Shown here one piece after another: positions 14,066 to 27,568 of a DNA stretch of 64,000 bases. This DNA is from Octopus vulgaris (lineage: Eukaryota): contig OX597816.1 of assembly GCA_951406725.2 (NCBI GenBank), positions 181,846,001 to 181,910,000 of the forward strand, in the 5' to 3' direction. Position 1 is the stretch's first letter. The number at the start of each line of letters is the position of its first letter. The notes beneath the pieces were generated by a model. The model was given only the letters and a program-made list of their open reading frames with translations. It searched no databases and was not told where the DNA came from. Made by a program: the position numbers and the translations under genes.

Positions 14066-15641
14066 CGTAAAGATTATTTTATTTATTTTTTTAACTAGAC
14101 ACTTTCAAACCTCACTATACTGATTTAAGTAGAATTTGGCTAATTCTAATTTAAGGCTAACCTTAAATAGAGAAAAAAGTGACTAATTAGACAAACTTAC
14201 AAATTAGCTGAAAAATTTTGTACAATGAATTTAAAAGATGAGAACTGTAAAGAGTGGTAAATTAGAAGAACTGGAATTCTTTGCTGCAATATTTTAAGTA
14301 AAAAGTTTCTTATTCTTTACTAGAAGTAATAGCTTGTTCTATACTTTTACAGGTGTAATAACTTGTCCTGTACTTTTCCAGGTTTATAATCTTAAGAATA
14401 TGACTTTTCATTCTCGCATTTTACCGTGTAATATATAAAGTTTATGTTATTTAGCTTCAGGCCATCCATGATCGAGTGAACCTATATTATATGATCTAAG
14501 ACGTTGCAAACGTGACAGTCCTGTCTTATTTTCATATGTGGGACTACATAATCTGATATATCCTTTCACAAAGAAAATCACACACAGATCATGTGTGAAT
14601 TGAGGGCTGTTTGACTCCCTTTTCTACCAGATTGGGCTCGTCTTGTCAGCCTTGATCGAGCAGACCTGTCATCAATATCCATTCAGGCCGTGACCATAAC
14701 GTTGATTTGGGGTGGACGGGGGTGGGGGCAGGAGGGGATCTAGTACAGTAATGTCCAGTGTGATATGTCCTTCTCTGTCTTTAAAGACAGTAACGTGAAA
14801 CGAAAATTTGGCTGCTATATCTAGCAAGTTCAGTTACCATACAATCTCTATGTGTACATACATTTCATGTACCAGTATAAATATGTATTTATATATGTGT
14901 GTGTATTGAAGACATTAAAATATATCTAGAAGATAAACAAAGTTGGCAGTGAACATTGTTATCATTTTAACATTATTCATCAGGATATGAAACCTGATCG
15001 ATGTCCTCCTCCTCCTCACACAGATCAACATTTTTATGCTTTGTAGCTTGTTTTTAATACATACATGTATATGTGTGTGTGTGTCTCTTCAATGTCTTAA
15101 TACTGTTTTATTAGATTGTCAGTTTTGCTTCTTGGTTGGATAGTAATGGTGTTTGTGTGTGTAAAAGAAGAAAAAAACAGATTTCGTCTGCCAGCAATAT
15201 ACGTGTACATTGAATGACTAGCAGTCTCCTCTCTCTCTATATTTCGCACACAAACATTATACATATATACATGTGTGTATGTATATATATATATATATAT
15301 ATAGCCAGACATTGTTAACTATTGTACACAATAGCAATATTGACCTTAAGTCTCTACTAGAAATACGCACTATTTAATAACCTGCGCACCTCCCTCGCCT
15401 TTCATTTTCATGTTTTTCATTTACATGACCATATATGGAATATAGATTTATAATAATAATAATAATAATGTTGTACTCTGCTGGAATATTGTACAATATT
15501 GATTTTGTAAGAAGCTGATTATTCTTGTTATTTTGATTAAGGCCGTCAGGAAACGATTTCTGAGCGCGATAATTATTTCGCACTGCTATATTTTGTTTAT
15601 TACAGATTGTTTTTATGCGTGTATATATGTGTGTATGGGTA

Positions 15642-15688
<47 letters not shown>

Positions 15689-15908
15689 CTTCATCGTAGT
15701 TTGTATTTGTCAGCGTTGTATAAACAGGACATTTTTTTCCTGAATGATCTTGAAGCTTTTTCTGATCATCAAAACTGTCGTTCTTTGCCCTCCTTTCTCA
15801 CCTCCCTCGAGCCATCACCTCGGAATAGAGTGGATGGTTTTGCCTAATGCGAGCGAGCTTGTCTGTAACCTTCGAAAAAAGAATGAAAACAACACACTCC
15901 CACATCCA

Positions 15909-15959
<51 letters not shown>

Positions 15960-16138
15960 TGCCTTCGTGTTTAGATATGCTTATTTTAAATACTATTCGA
16001 CATACTACTACCGCTATTTGTCTGCTTTCCTCTATCTGTATGTGGACTTTTATAAGCTGATAATAGTACTTCTAATGCTTTTTTATATTTTGTGACTTTA
16101 TCTATCTATCTATCTATCTTTCTATCTGTGCGTGTGTG

Positions 16139-16173
<35 letters not shown>

Positions 16174-16753
16174 CTCAAAAGCGTAATATACTATATTAAA
16201 AAAAATTGTTTTATTCTGTAATATGTTTAACTTTTAATTCTGATCGATTTTACTTCCATTTTAACCGTGAAAATATGAACGAGAGAAAGAGAGTGCGATG
16301 GGAGGAAGAAAGGAAGAGAGTTTGTAGGTTGTTTACAAGATGACCTAAAAAAATATTAATAGTCGCCCCACCAAGAAAGGATTTGGAATGCCATATGTAT
16401 GTATCCGTCCATATGGCTTGTTAAACAAACAACTCCAAGTACATAGATGCATCAAGACACATCTGTCGGACACGTAAATAGATTCCAGCTCGTCCAAGAG
16501 GAAGGTGCTGGCGGTGGTGGCGGTGCTGGTGGGTTTTGCTGGCTGTTTTACATACGAACTTAATTTTTCTTGTCCTACAACTGACAACTAAAAGAACTTA
16601 GTAGCTGAAGGAAGAGATACGTGTTTGTTAGCAACTATAATAGCACCAGTGTTTGTTAGCATTATATCATAACACCACTAATGACGGACAGTTCTGTCTG
16701 ACACAGGTGCCCTCTTTCTCATATATTTACTTTTCTCTTGTTCTTATTGCTAA

Positions 16754-16919
16754 TCTCTCTCTCTCTCTCTCTCTCTCCCTTTCTTTCTCTCTCTCTCTCT
16801 CTTTCTTTCTCTCTCTCTCCCTTTCTCTCTCTCTCTTTTTTTCTCTCTCTCTCCCTTTCTTTCTCTCTCCCTTTCTTTCTCTCTCTCTCTTTCTCTCTCC
16901 CTTTCTTTCTCTCTCTCTT

Positions 16920-16963
<44 letters not shown>
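16754..16963. repeat. (TC)n/(TTTC)n polypyrimidine microsatellite
   Basis: Directly visible; explains the RERE/LSLS ORFs. Confidence 0.97.
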
Positions 16964-16965
<2 letters not shown>

Positions 16966-17661
16966 GCACAGACGCTATTATCAGCCATAAGAAGATTACT
17001 ACTTGGTTAGCTTTCGAACCAGGACAGCCTGCTAGAAATAACAGCCAAATCTATCTCCCAGTCTTACCCTAGTCTTAAAAAGGGTCCGGTGAAGGAAACA
17101 TTGGATTAAATAATACTCGATACTGTATCTGAGTATATATGTGCCTGTATGTGTAAATATGTACGGATGTGTGTCTGTGTCTGTAGAACGGACTGCTAAC
17201 GGTCGTTACTCCTCTGACCATGTTTGTTCAATCATTGCTGACGTGAGAGTAAACAACTTGGCTGCTATTAAAAGTACTTTTGGTGTTTTTATTTAAATAC
17301 ACAACCGAGCAACATAGACAGGCAGAGGTATGTGTGTGATGACAAAAATGAAATCTCAGACATCAGCCAGCACCACACGACGAATAGACATGCTTAATTA
17401 GTGCTCGTGTATTGATTGCAATTCAAGCTTTAGTTTCAAAAACTTATGTAATGCTAGAATTACTAATATATATCAGAGACTGGTTGATTCTATAATTGTG
17501 ATAGAAACTGAAATGTAATATTATTGTAAAGACAGGTCAAGAAATATTTATTTAGTCCTGGTCAACTTGAACTTTATGATAAATTTAACTATTCTCCGTA
17601 TTTCACCTCAACGGTAAAATGTTCCATAATTAGCTTCAAAATAATTACATTAATTTTAACC

Positions 17662-17695
<34 letters not shown>

Positions 17696-18578
17696 GTAAT
17701 AATATAAACTGCATAGTGTGTGTGTATATATATATTGCATAGTGTGTGTGTGTATACATATATATATATATATATATATATGACACACACACACATGTAA
17801 TTATGTTACGCACACACAGGAAAAGTGCCTAATGAACGGAAATATGATTAGGCAGGTTAGATATATAACATAATTCTGGCCACAGGTGAATATGCCTCGA
17901 TGTTGGCTTAATCTAGACACAATAAATCTATTTGTGTACTGTATTATTATTATTATTATTGTTATTATTATTATTATTCGTGAAAGATGGCTGTGTTGTA
18001 AATAGTGTGATAGCATATGGCAGTGAAAGACGGAGTTAATAAAGGCAAAAAAAAAAAAAATGGCAAGGTTGGAGAGGCATGAGGTGAACAGGTAAGAGGA
18101 TGGATACAGCAAATACAACAATGTATGTATATAGGCAAGAATGTGAGCTGGGTACCAGAGACACCAGATGGTGTTTGCATAAGGAGTAGACTAGGAATGA
18201 TGTGGACGTGTTCTAATGAATAAACAGTGATTTTCAAAAATATATATTTTCTGTTTAGCATTTCTTCTAAGCTTCGTGTTAAGGGAACTTTGTTGTCACA
18301 TGGCTTTGGTCTGCTTCAGCCGACCAGCATTTATATTCAGTATTTCACGCCTGCATTGAGAATTGGATATCATAGTTTATACTTTATACTAGAGTGTGCA
18401 ACCCATCATATATGACGAATAACTTCGAAAGTATGTTTTTGCCACCATGGGGTAATATCAGGAAATATGGCATACGTAATCGTTATGGTTTAACATATAT
18501 CAAATTCCTTGGGATTTTACACAAGTTAAAGAAATGAATACTAACTTACAAAAAGGAAAAAAAAAATTACTTTGAAAA

Positions 18579-19437
18579 GCATAATGGGGGCCTCAGTTTG
18601 CAAGTTGCTGATATTAGTATTAAACACTTAACAGTATGCAAATTACTTCTTTGAAGTTACTTTATCTGTTGTGTGTATATATATACGTGTGTGTGTGTAA
18701 ACAGATTGCTTACTTATTTCTTTGGGTTATGGTTGTTCTATACTATGTACTATATTATTACTTTAAAATAAAGTTACTTATTAATAAAATAAACTCCTTC
18801 CAGAACTTCTCTGACATTTACTCCTCTCTCATTTTTTGTGTGTGTGTATTTGCGCGGGCATATAGTGTTCCTCTACTCATTGCCTGCCACCAAGCCTATT
18901 TGCATTCCTTCTGCAACTCTCTATAAATTGTGACTGGAAAAATCAATCAACTGACCACTTATATTAGTTATTATAAAATGATAGGCTTATTATGTGTGTA
19001 TGGTGGTGGTGGTGAGGTGTACTTGGGCCAGATCAATCTAAATTTTTTTTTAAAGTAACGTTTAGTACCATTAGTGGCCATCGGTACCAGGAGAGATACT
19101 CTCAAGTTTAGCAAGTACTCCAAAGTCTACTTGCAATTTGGGAAATGATAGTCTGATTGTTTCAAGACAAAAGGACAGATGTGGACATTTGTTTTTGCCT
19201 CAAAAGTTGTCACAACAGCGCAACGTCCCCGCATAGTATAGAACAGCCTTAAATTGATTTTCGAGCCTGATTTGGTCCTCATCAGAGGTGAGACTTAACC
19301 CAAAGAAATAAGTAGGCAATCTGTTTACACACACACATATACCACACAACAGATAAAGTAACTTCAAAGAACTAATTTGCATACTGTAAGTGTTTAATAC
19401 TAATATCAGCAACTTGCAAACTGAGACCCCAATATGC
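18579..19437. repeat. Long inverted repeat (arms about 18579-18747 and 19231-19437), possibly inverted Penelope pseudo-LTRs or a MITE
   Basis: gggggcctcagtttgcaagttgctgatattagtattaaacactta...cttatttctttgggtta matches the reverse complement of 19295-19437 nearly base for base; the match resumes (gttctatactatg) after an approximately 46-nt indel. Confidence 0.9.
19244..19290 (-). ncRNA. Minimal type-I hammerhead ribozyme motif, canonical core
   Basis: Minus strand: cacct CUGAUGA GGACC aaauca GGCUC GAAA a ucaau u U A aggcug. Stem I cct/agg, stem II with one mismatch, 2-bp stem III. Confidence 0.6.
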
Positions 19438-20775
19438 ATGTACATATAGTCCACTGGTGCAAACCAGAAATTCTCCATATAGACGACACTTACTGCTCAA
19501 AAGATTCAAACTCTGATGTGTTTACAGGGGATCGACTCCACAAGGTAAAGAAAGGCTAAAAGAAGGATCAAGTTGAGTTTGTGTAGAGGCAATTATCCGG
19601 ATAAACAAATTAGACACATTAAATATATTACATACAATATTTTGGGTATAAAATACAAAATATATATATTTGCTGGCATTAGCTGATGATTTGATATGTC
19701 CAAGGATTACATCATGCTTTGTCATTCTTACTATCACTTGATGCCCTTCCTAATGCTATATATATATATGAGAGGTGGGGTTATGTCCCTTCAGCCATTT
19801 AAGTCTGATGGGTCGCCTATATGCCCAAGTGCTGTATAGGTGCAAAACCAATGATCACTTCCTAACTGGTCATAGCAATCAACTTCCTAAAAATTATCTT
19901 ACTACTCTAAGCTTATGTTTTTCATGTTTTAGTCTGTACTTCTTTTGGGGATATATGAACTACTGATTATATATATATATATATATATATATCTGTATAT
20001 GCATTTCTATGTGGAAAAAGAATGTACATATGTATTTGAGCAACTGTTAGTACATATATGTGCATATTCATGTTTATATCTCTGTACACAGATTTGTGTG
20101 CTGTTATTAATTGTTGGTGTCACAGGGTCACTGTTGATGTTAAGATGGTTTATTGTTTCTACTTGAATAAAAGCCAACCCTTAACTGCCCAGCACACTTT
20201 TTTTTATCATTGCTTCCTCCTTTTCTAATAATAAACTTCAAACACTTATTTTCCTTTCTTCCAACTTTTCTGGAGTTTTTGTTTTTCTAATTTACTTTAT
20301 TTTTACTATGTTGATTCGTTCTGACCATTTATGACCAAAGCAAAATGGTTTCTTTGGTTTTTTTTTTTTAATTTCGTTTTTCTCTAAGCCCTGCTATATT
20401 CTGTGAGAGTGTCTGTGTCAACAGCCATCATATCGACAAGTTTCACCGTGGGCATTTTCGCCTAGGTTGCTGCTGTTTGTCTTTTTTCTTTTACTGTTTC
20501 AGTCATTGGACTGTGGTTATGCTGGGCCACTAATTTGAGGGGTTTTAGTCAAACAAATCAACCCCAGTACAATATTTTTTTAAGTCTGGTACCTTTTTCT
20601 ATCAATCTCCTTTCCTGAACTGCTATGTATTCATTCTTTTCTTATTTCTTCTATTTTCTCCCCCTGTTCCAATCTGAAGTGCCATAATTAACTCTTTCCA
20701 TTTCTCTTTAGTGCCTAACTGATAATTCTTACTGGGAACTTATTCCATCTTCTTTTCCGTTGTTCTTTTGTTATC

Positions 20776-20816
<41 letters not shown>

Positions 20817-20993
20817 TGTAAACAACATAAATCCAAAAGAAGATGCCCACTCTAAGAGCAGTATATATTAAAAATGGGGAAGGCCGATTTATGGGGTTAC
20901 CATAGGCTTTTCGTTAATAAAGAGATTTTGGGATCTAATGATATGCCATAAGGCTAAACTCTTTATGGATGGGAAACCTAAGCTAATCACTTA

Positions 20994-21043
<50 letters not shown>

Positions 21044-21189
21044 ATCTTGATTGTTGCTTCATCTCCATCATCTCTTTCTCTCATGGAAGTTTCGAGTGTA
21101 TATCGAATTGGGTTTATGATTATTGATATAAGGAAATCTTTGGATATGGTGCAAGACAACAAGAGAGGCTTCAAGAATACGTAGTTAAA

Positions 21190-21547
21190 TTATTACCTCT
21201 GCCTTAGCGAAGGAGGAGGTATTGTTTTCAGTCATGTTTGTTTGTCTGTTTGTCCGTGGACAAGATATCTCAAGAACTGCTGGGTGGATTCAGATGAAAC
21301 TTTCAGGGATGTTTGACCTGTTGACTGGCACAAACTGATTCGATTTTGGATCGATCCAGTACCGGACAAGGGTTTTCCTGTTTTTTCAATTAATTTTTGA
21401 GAGCGGCCGGGTTCATTTTTAGTATTCTCGTTTGTGAGAGCAGTTGAGTTTATTTCAGATATTCTCATTTTAAAAATCATCTTTGGGTAATCGTTGAGAG
21501 GATGTTGGTGTTGCCTTGGCAGAGGTTTGTGCTGAGTGCTCATGTTT
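21190..21547 (+). mobile_element. Helentron/DINE-1-like non-autonomous element (HINE-type)
   Basis: Subterminal inverted repeats acctctgcc (21195) / ggcagaggt (21518), 5' hairpin acctctgccttagcgaaggaggaggt, (GTTT/GTCT) microsatellite near the 5' end, T-rich ends. Confidence 0.7.
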
Positions 21548-21643
21548 AATATGGTTCTTCACATTTTTTATTTTTGCCTTTCATTGCCTGTAAATAGTTA
21601 TTTGCTTTATATATGTGTGTGTGTGTGTGTGAAGTTATAATAT

Positions 21644-21850
21644 AAGGTGAGCTGGCAGAATCGTTAGCACGCCAGGCAAAATATTTAGCGGCATTTCGTC
21701 TGTCTTTATGCTCTGAGATCAAATTCCGTCGTCTTCGCCTTTAATTTTTTTGGCGTCGATAAAATAAGTACCAGTTGAGCTCTGGGATCGATGTAATGGT
21801 CTTACCTCATCCCACCAAATTGCTGTCCTTGTGACAAAATGTGAAACTAA
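21644..21850 (+). mobile_element. SINE family A (variant tail)
   Basis: ggtgagctggcagaatcgttagcacgccaggc...gtcgataaaataagtaccagttgagc. Confidence 0.8.
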
Positions 21851-22469
21851 TATATAATATACTACTCAGAGTTCTTGACTTGATGCGAAAACAATTAACG
21901 ATGTTGTTGTTTGAAAGGTCGTCGCATTTAGCGAGAAAGTGAAGTGACGAAGTCGAATCACCGAGCTTCGAACAGAGAAATATGCACTACGTGTATTGAA
22001 TCCTTTTCTTGTTTGTTAAAACAAAAACATGCGAAGGTGCCCGCCTCGACTAGGGAACATATTTTCAGACATTAATAAACGAATGTTACTTTTCAGAACT
22101 GTTATTAAAATACAAATTAATTTTTAAAAAATGACGAATATTTTTTTTAATCTTGTTTATTGGACACAGTTTTGTAGTTGGCTCATTTGACTTCAGTGTT
22201 ATTATAATCTTATTTATTTAGATGAAAATAGGCTAAGAAAGTCGGTCGCCTTCTCGGAGACTATTTCGTATCTTGTTTTGACTTTTGCCATGTATTATTG
22301 ATGTTTAATTTCCATACACATCTTAATGTCATGCCTCTTTTCTTACAACCTTCACTGCTAAAGTGACTGTTTTATTTATTTATTTACTATTAGATTACAC
22401 ATTTGTAGAGCCAACTGATGTGCATTATTCCTGTCAATCGCCATTCAGACATGCACACACACACAATAA

Positions 22470-22541
<72 letters not shown>

Positions 22542-22545
22542 TATC

Positions 22546-22582
<37 letters not shown>

Positions 22583-22629
22583 GTATATATAAAGCTAGAT
22601 TGCTACTACGATGGACATGGTTCCTCTAC

Positions 22630-25350
22630 GAAGTCGCTCCACCTGCTAGAAATGTCAGTTAAATTTTCTTCAAATCAAACGAACGCTAGGTATAGGAAGA
22701 CGGTATGGTCATGGTTGGAACGCTTTTGCTCGTAGATCCGCTCAGTCAAAGCTAAACTATTGCGATGGATATCTAGTGTTTTTCGTAGTTTTTGTTCGTT
22801 CTTTTCGTGTGTGTCTGTGTGGGGGGGTTTCTTGGAAACCAAATAATAAATTAGAAACATTTTATGCAATTTTATATGGACATCTTGTTTTAATTTATAG
22901 CTAATTTAGCTCGTTTTTTCTCTCTTTTTCTCAGTTTTCTCTATAGTATTAAACCATTCAGGGAGAATGATTTTTTTTTTTTATCTTTATGAAACAAATG
23001 TATTTAGATAAATTTCGTAGCCCTTTTGAGGGACGGTCACCTTTTTAGATGCAAACCATCCTTCTTTATGAAGAAAGCATGTTTATAAGAATAAAAAATA
23101 ACATATCGATATAATTCCTCTTGAATTTTTTCTCTCACTCTGATTACACTTTATTCTCCTCCTAAGCAAGTCAACAGGGTTGTCGCTCAAGTAGTTAGAA
23201 AGAGCAGCCAAATCCTTTTTCTATCGTCTCAAATAAGTAAAGGATACATTAGTCATAGGTATGTAGTCCTACATTGCCCCGAGTTGCTCACTGCTGGAAT
23301 GCCTTTGATCGGGAGAGTCTGGTTGACTTGGGGCTTCTTAACGGCAACGACAGCCTCCTCCTAAGCGTGCTGAGAGAATGTAGCAATCTCTTATGCAGAA
23401 CGACTGCATCGCCGATGATGTCTTGCGTTGTAAGAGAAATATGAAGATGATGAGGTTGAAAAGGGACGGCGAGGAAGAAATCAGCGATGTCGAGTTGAGA
23501 TGGGGGAAAGAAAGGACACAGTGGTGTTTCGATGAAGAGAAACGTGGCCGTTGGGCAAATGAGTAGTGCTCGAGCAAACATTATCGTCTCCAGATGCAGC
23601 TACTGCATCTGGGACTGCTGCACACCATTGCCAAAATTGCAACAACAGCCTAACTCCGAGACAAACATAGAAGTCAACTACGGACTAAAGGTGCTGGTTG
23701 GACTCGCATTGTCCACTCCGACTGCGGACAATTACCAGCTGACCGCTTTCTCTATTCTTGTTCGTTATGAATACGCATTGATTTGTTGTTTTTATATCAT
23801 ATTATTTTGCTTGTATTAAAAATAAAAGTGTATGAAAGAAAATAAAATCAAAACAAGTCGAATCCTGTTACAAGGCGATCTCTTGCCGCTATAACAATGC
23901 ATTTTGAAAACAGTCTCCCAGATAATTAAAATCTTTTATCATGATAGATAGGTTGACAGACATGTAAAATGGAAGGTGGAATATGTGTAGGCGTAGCTTG
24001 TTTAAACAGCCAGGTCTGGCAGTCTAAGTAAGCAACTGCTCCTCTCATTGCTCTCTCTCTCTTCTCTTCTAATCTTCCCTTACACCTACACACACACACA
24101 CACACACACATGCTTCTCTTGCTCAGTGCGTGTGTGTGTGTGTGTGTGTGATGTTGCTGCTTCTCTCTTGAAGCATCGTTTATGTTGCTATTTCTATTTT
24201 AGGCCTATTTCTACCACCACCCTGCCATAATAACAACACCAGTTCTATTACTTTTGTCGGTTGACTCTTGATGCAGTTGATATGTCCGTACCTATTTCAA
24301 GATCTTGCAGTCATTGAGCAGAGATAGTGGATCCTATTTACAACGTCAGCATCCAAGCGAACGATGGTGTGCTGCCCGCCGCCGCCGCCACTGGCATGGA
24401 GGCTGTTCTTGCTTCTTCTTCTTCTTCTTCTTAATATCTCATTAATAAACTACAATAGTTCATTGTGAGCTAAATGAAGTAGCTTTCTACGTAGTTGCTC
24501 GATTCGCTAGAAATAACAGTACACAAATTTTCCTCAACTCATAGCCACTGTTTTAAATAAAAATACATTTGGATGATGTAATCCCTCTCTGATTTACAGA
24601 AAAGTCTGGGCGGTCAAAGCTGGAACGCTTTCGATCTTGGTTCTATTTGTTCGATCAGGTTTGGCCTGGAAAAGTGTGGTTGGGTGGAGTGTAAACAAAA
24701 CATTGCATCAACAACTGTCAGTCATCTTAGAACTTATTTACTGAAAACGCAAACCAGTAATATACCAAAGAAGTGCCTAATTGGTCGCTCAACCTGCTAG
24801 AAATAATAGCTAAATCTCTTGCTGTCTAAAAACAAATGAAGATACAGTTCCAGGTTTATGATTAGGGATGGTCTTACTTGGAATGGCTTTGGGCATAGTT
24901 TTACACAGTAAGGGGATGATGTAAGGCTAAACACCACGAATTACTTAATTCGTTCTGTCTTTTAAACTTTAAAGTTTTCAGTCCAACCCATCCCGTCCTA
25001 GGGAGCGTTTAACCTGCTAGAAATAACAAAAGTTTTCCTTATATCATACGTTACCGTCTTGAAAAAGAAAACAGAACATTGGATAATGTAGTCCTAAATA
25101 TACCATTACTATCAATTTACATGAACTTCTGTTGTTCGTCAACCTGTCTGAAATAACAGCTAAATCGCCCTCACATCACATCAAATAATATCCTAGATTT
25201 TTCTTTACTAGAGTGAGATATGCTAGTATTTCTTCATATCACACCCTACGGTCTTTAAAAAATAAGGTCGTTATTTTTTAAAGACAGGATGATGGCTTTT
25301 AAAAACGCTTTTTTGATCACAGCTCGGCCAGAGCTGTCCTGACAATAACA
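22630..25350 (+). repeat. Cluster of co-oriented copies of an abundant approximately 180-bp interspersed repeat (family E)
   Basis: Motifs cctgctagaaata.cagccaaatc / ggataatgtagtccta / gctggaatgcctttgatc recur at about 22640, 23190, 24505, 24790, 25012 and 25140; further copies lie throughout the window on both strands. Confidence 0.75.
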
Positions 25351-25532
25351 ACGTCTTTTAATTGGATTATCTGAGTTCGAATTCCGCCGGTCAATTCTAC
25401 TTCCCATCCCTTTGGAGTCGATAAAATAAGCACCAGTTGAGTACTGGGATCGGTGTAACCGACTGGTTTCTCCCACTAAGATTCAGTACCTGAGCCTATA
25501 GTAGAAATTATTATTATTTTTAAGAAGAAGAA

Positions 25533-25712
25533 GAAGGTGGCAAGCTGGCAGAATCGGTAGCACGCCGGGCGAAATGCTTAGCAGTATTTCGTCTGCCGTT
25601 ACGTTCCGAGTTCAAATTCCGCCGAGGTCGACTTTGCCTTTCATCCTTTCGGGGCCGATAAAATAAGTACCAGTACCATTTCAGGTCTTGTGCCTATAGT
25701 AGAAAGGATGAT
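25533..25712 (+). mobile_element. SINE family A, preceded by a partial copy at about 25368-25505
   Basis: ggtggcaagctggcagaatcggtagcacgccgggcgaaatgcttagc...gcctttcatcctttcggggccgataaaataagtaccag. Confidence 0.85.
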
Positions 25713-27057
25713 TACTGTTATCATTAAGCATGCGCATGTAAATTGGAGAACAACATATGGGCGAGGGCTCGTGCCTTTGGTGGTCAAGGTAGGGTTCTTT
25801 GATTGGCTCCAGAAGAAGGTTCTGCTGTATCAGGAGGACGACATATTCATGTGGTTCACATATTTTGTATACTATCTCATTTTACTATCTTTTCCCATTC
25901 ATCGTTTATGGATCCCTCAGAAAATGCAAATTATATACCCAGTACCCGTTATCTCCTTTATTCAAATTATTGTATATTTAATTAGTCGTACATTGACTTT
26001 TTTAAAATTAATTTTTCATTTCAGTTTCTCATGTTGCTTGAAAAATAAAACGAAGAAAGTGAAAATTTATCGATATTTGGTCGCTGCACTTTTCCTTTTT
26101 CGGATATTTTCCAGTAATTTCCTAAATTTTTTTAACTAGTTTTTCCCCACTTTTTTTTTCTGTCAGTCTCTCTGGAAAATCTTTTCTGTTTTTCTGCTTC
26201 TATTTTGTATGTCTTGCATTTACCATCACACGTGTGTATTATTTTATTATATACACATGCACGTGCAGAATATATTTTCTTTGACTATATCGCCTGATAC
26301 AACACAAGAATATGTCTGCGTGTGGTGTGTTAATGGTAAATGGCCTACGTGATCATTTTGTTTGTATGTTGTTATCATTGTTTTTGTTTGTTTTTTGTCA
26401 AATCCGACTCAACCATAGTGGAACAGACCTATCATCAAAGGCGTTCCAGCCGTGACCAACTCCTATTTTAAGGAATATTTAGGACTACATTATCTAATGT
26501 GCCCGCCCCCTTTTTGAATTTGGTAGGACGTGATTTGAGGCAAATCTGGCAACTATTTCTCCCAGGTCGAGCAACCACGTCGAGGTTTCCTTGATTCATT
26601 CTATTTATATTTTAAAGTTGAGAAGAAAAACGGCCAAGGGAAATAACTCAAATGGGCCAAATGCTAGAATTTCGATAAATTTATTAAGCAAGCATGGGCT
26701 GAGTTCCGTGCTTAACTACTCTTTCCCATTTGCCTTCGCTCACTCACGTTTTATATTCAAGGTATGGAAAAAAAGAACATATACAAGCTAGAAATAGTAG
26801 CCAAATCTTACTCAAATCGCAAATCCTACCGTTATTAAAAGAGGAAGCAGTGAATGATGTAGATGTAGAACGTTTGAGAAAAAGATGATGGATGGATAGT
26901 CACTACCATTGATCATGTCTGCTCACTCGATTCGTGCTGCGTCAACCTTGGGTTAAACAAAAGGTACAAAAAGAAAGCTTGTAGTTCTGAGAAATGGTAT
27001 TTCTTTCCACTCCCCACAGCTCTTAATTTAAAAACGGTCATTTGGAGTGCTCGCGCG

Positions 27058-27107
<50 letters not shown>

Positions 27108-27468
27108 CGCACACATATCTGTATATATATTTACACACATGTGTTTAATATATGTATATACTCATATTTTGTAGATATTTAAAGGTATATGCAGATAGCA
27201 TACGCCGACGCTAGTCTTTTATTTATTTATCTACTTTTTGTTTTATTTATTTTCCATTTAAATTCGGAATTACATATCGAGAGACCAAGAAACCATAACT
27301 CGTGACACACGCACAAGCCGCCGCCGCCGCCGCCCTCACCACCACCACCACCACCACCACCATTACGCCTTTTCGCCCCGCCCCCCTCCGCTCCCTGCCA
27401 TCTCTTGCTATATTTAAAATTATCAGTTGAAATCTAATAAGTACCGATTCAATTCTATTTTTATTGTT

Positions 27469-27568
27469 ATTTGCATCAGTGTGTATATATATATATATAC
27501 ATTTGCATCAGTGTGTATATATACACCGATGCAAATTAAGTTGCATCTTCCCATCTGTACATTTGCAT
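27469..27568. promoter_or_regulatory. Cluster of four perfect octamer motifs (ATTTGCAT/ATGCAAAT)
   Basis: Octamers at 27469, 27501, 27529 (inverted) and 27561; 27501-27536 is a near-perfect palindrome. A regulatory function is inferred only. Confidence 0.35.

Noticed and set aside
20430-20470. Minus-strand GAAACTTGTC hammerhead-like 3' half
   Set aside because: No recognisable 5' core and no stem I pairing.
24320-24400. Minus-strand peptide TIVRLDADVVNRI resembling the MLH1 N-terminus
   Set aside because: Not followed by AAGEV, no splice donor, and the frame stops shortly after; likely chance.
25690-26139. 149-aa hydrophobic ORF
   Set aside because: Starts in a SINE tail, includes a short dispersed repeat also present inverted at about 12730-12785, and ends in AT-rich low-complexity sequence.
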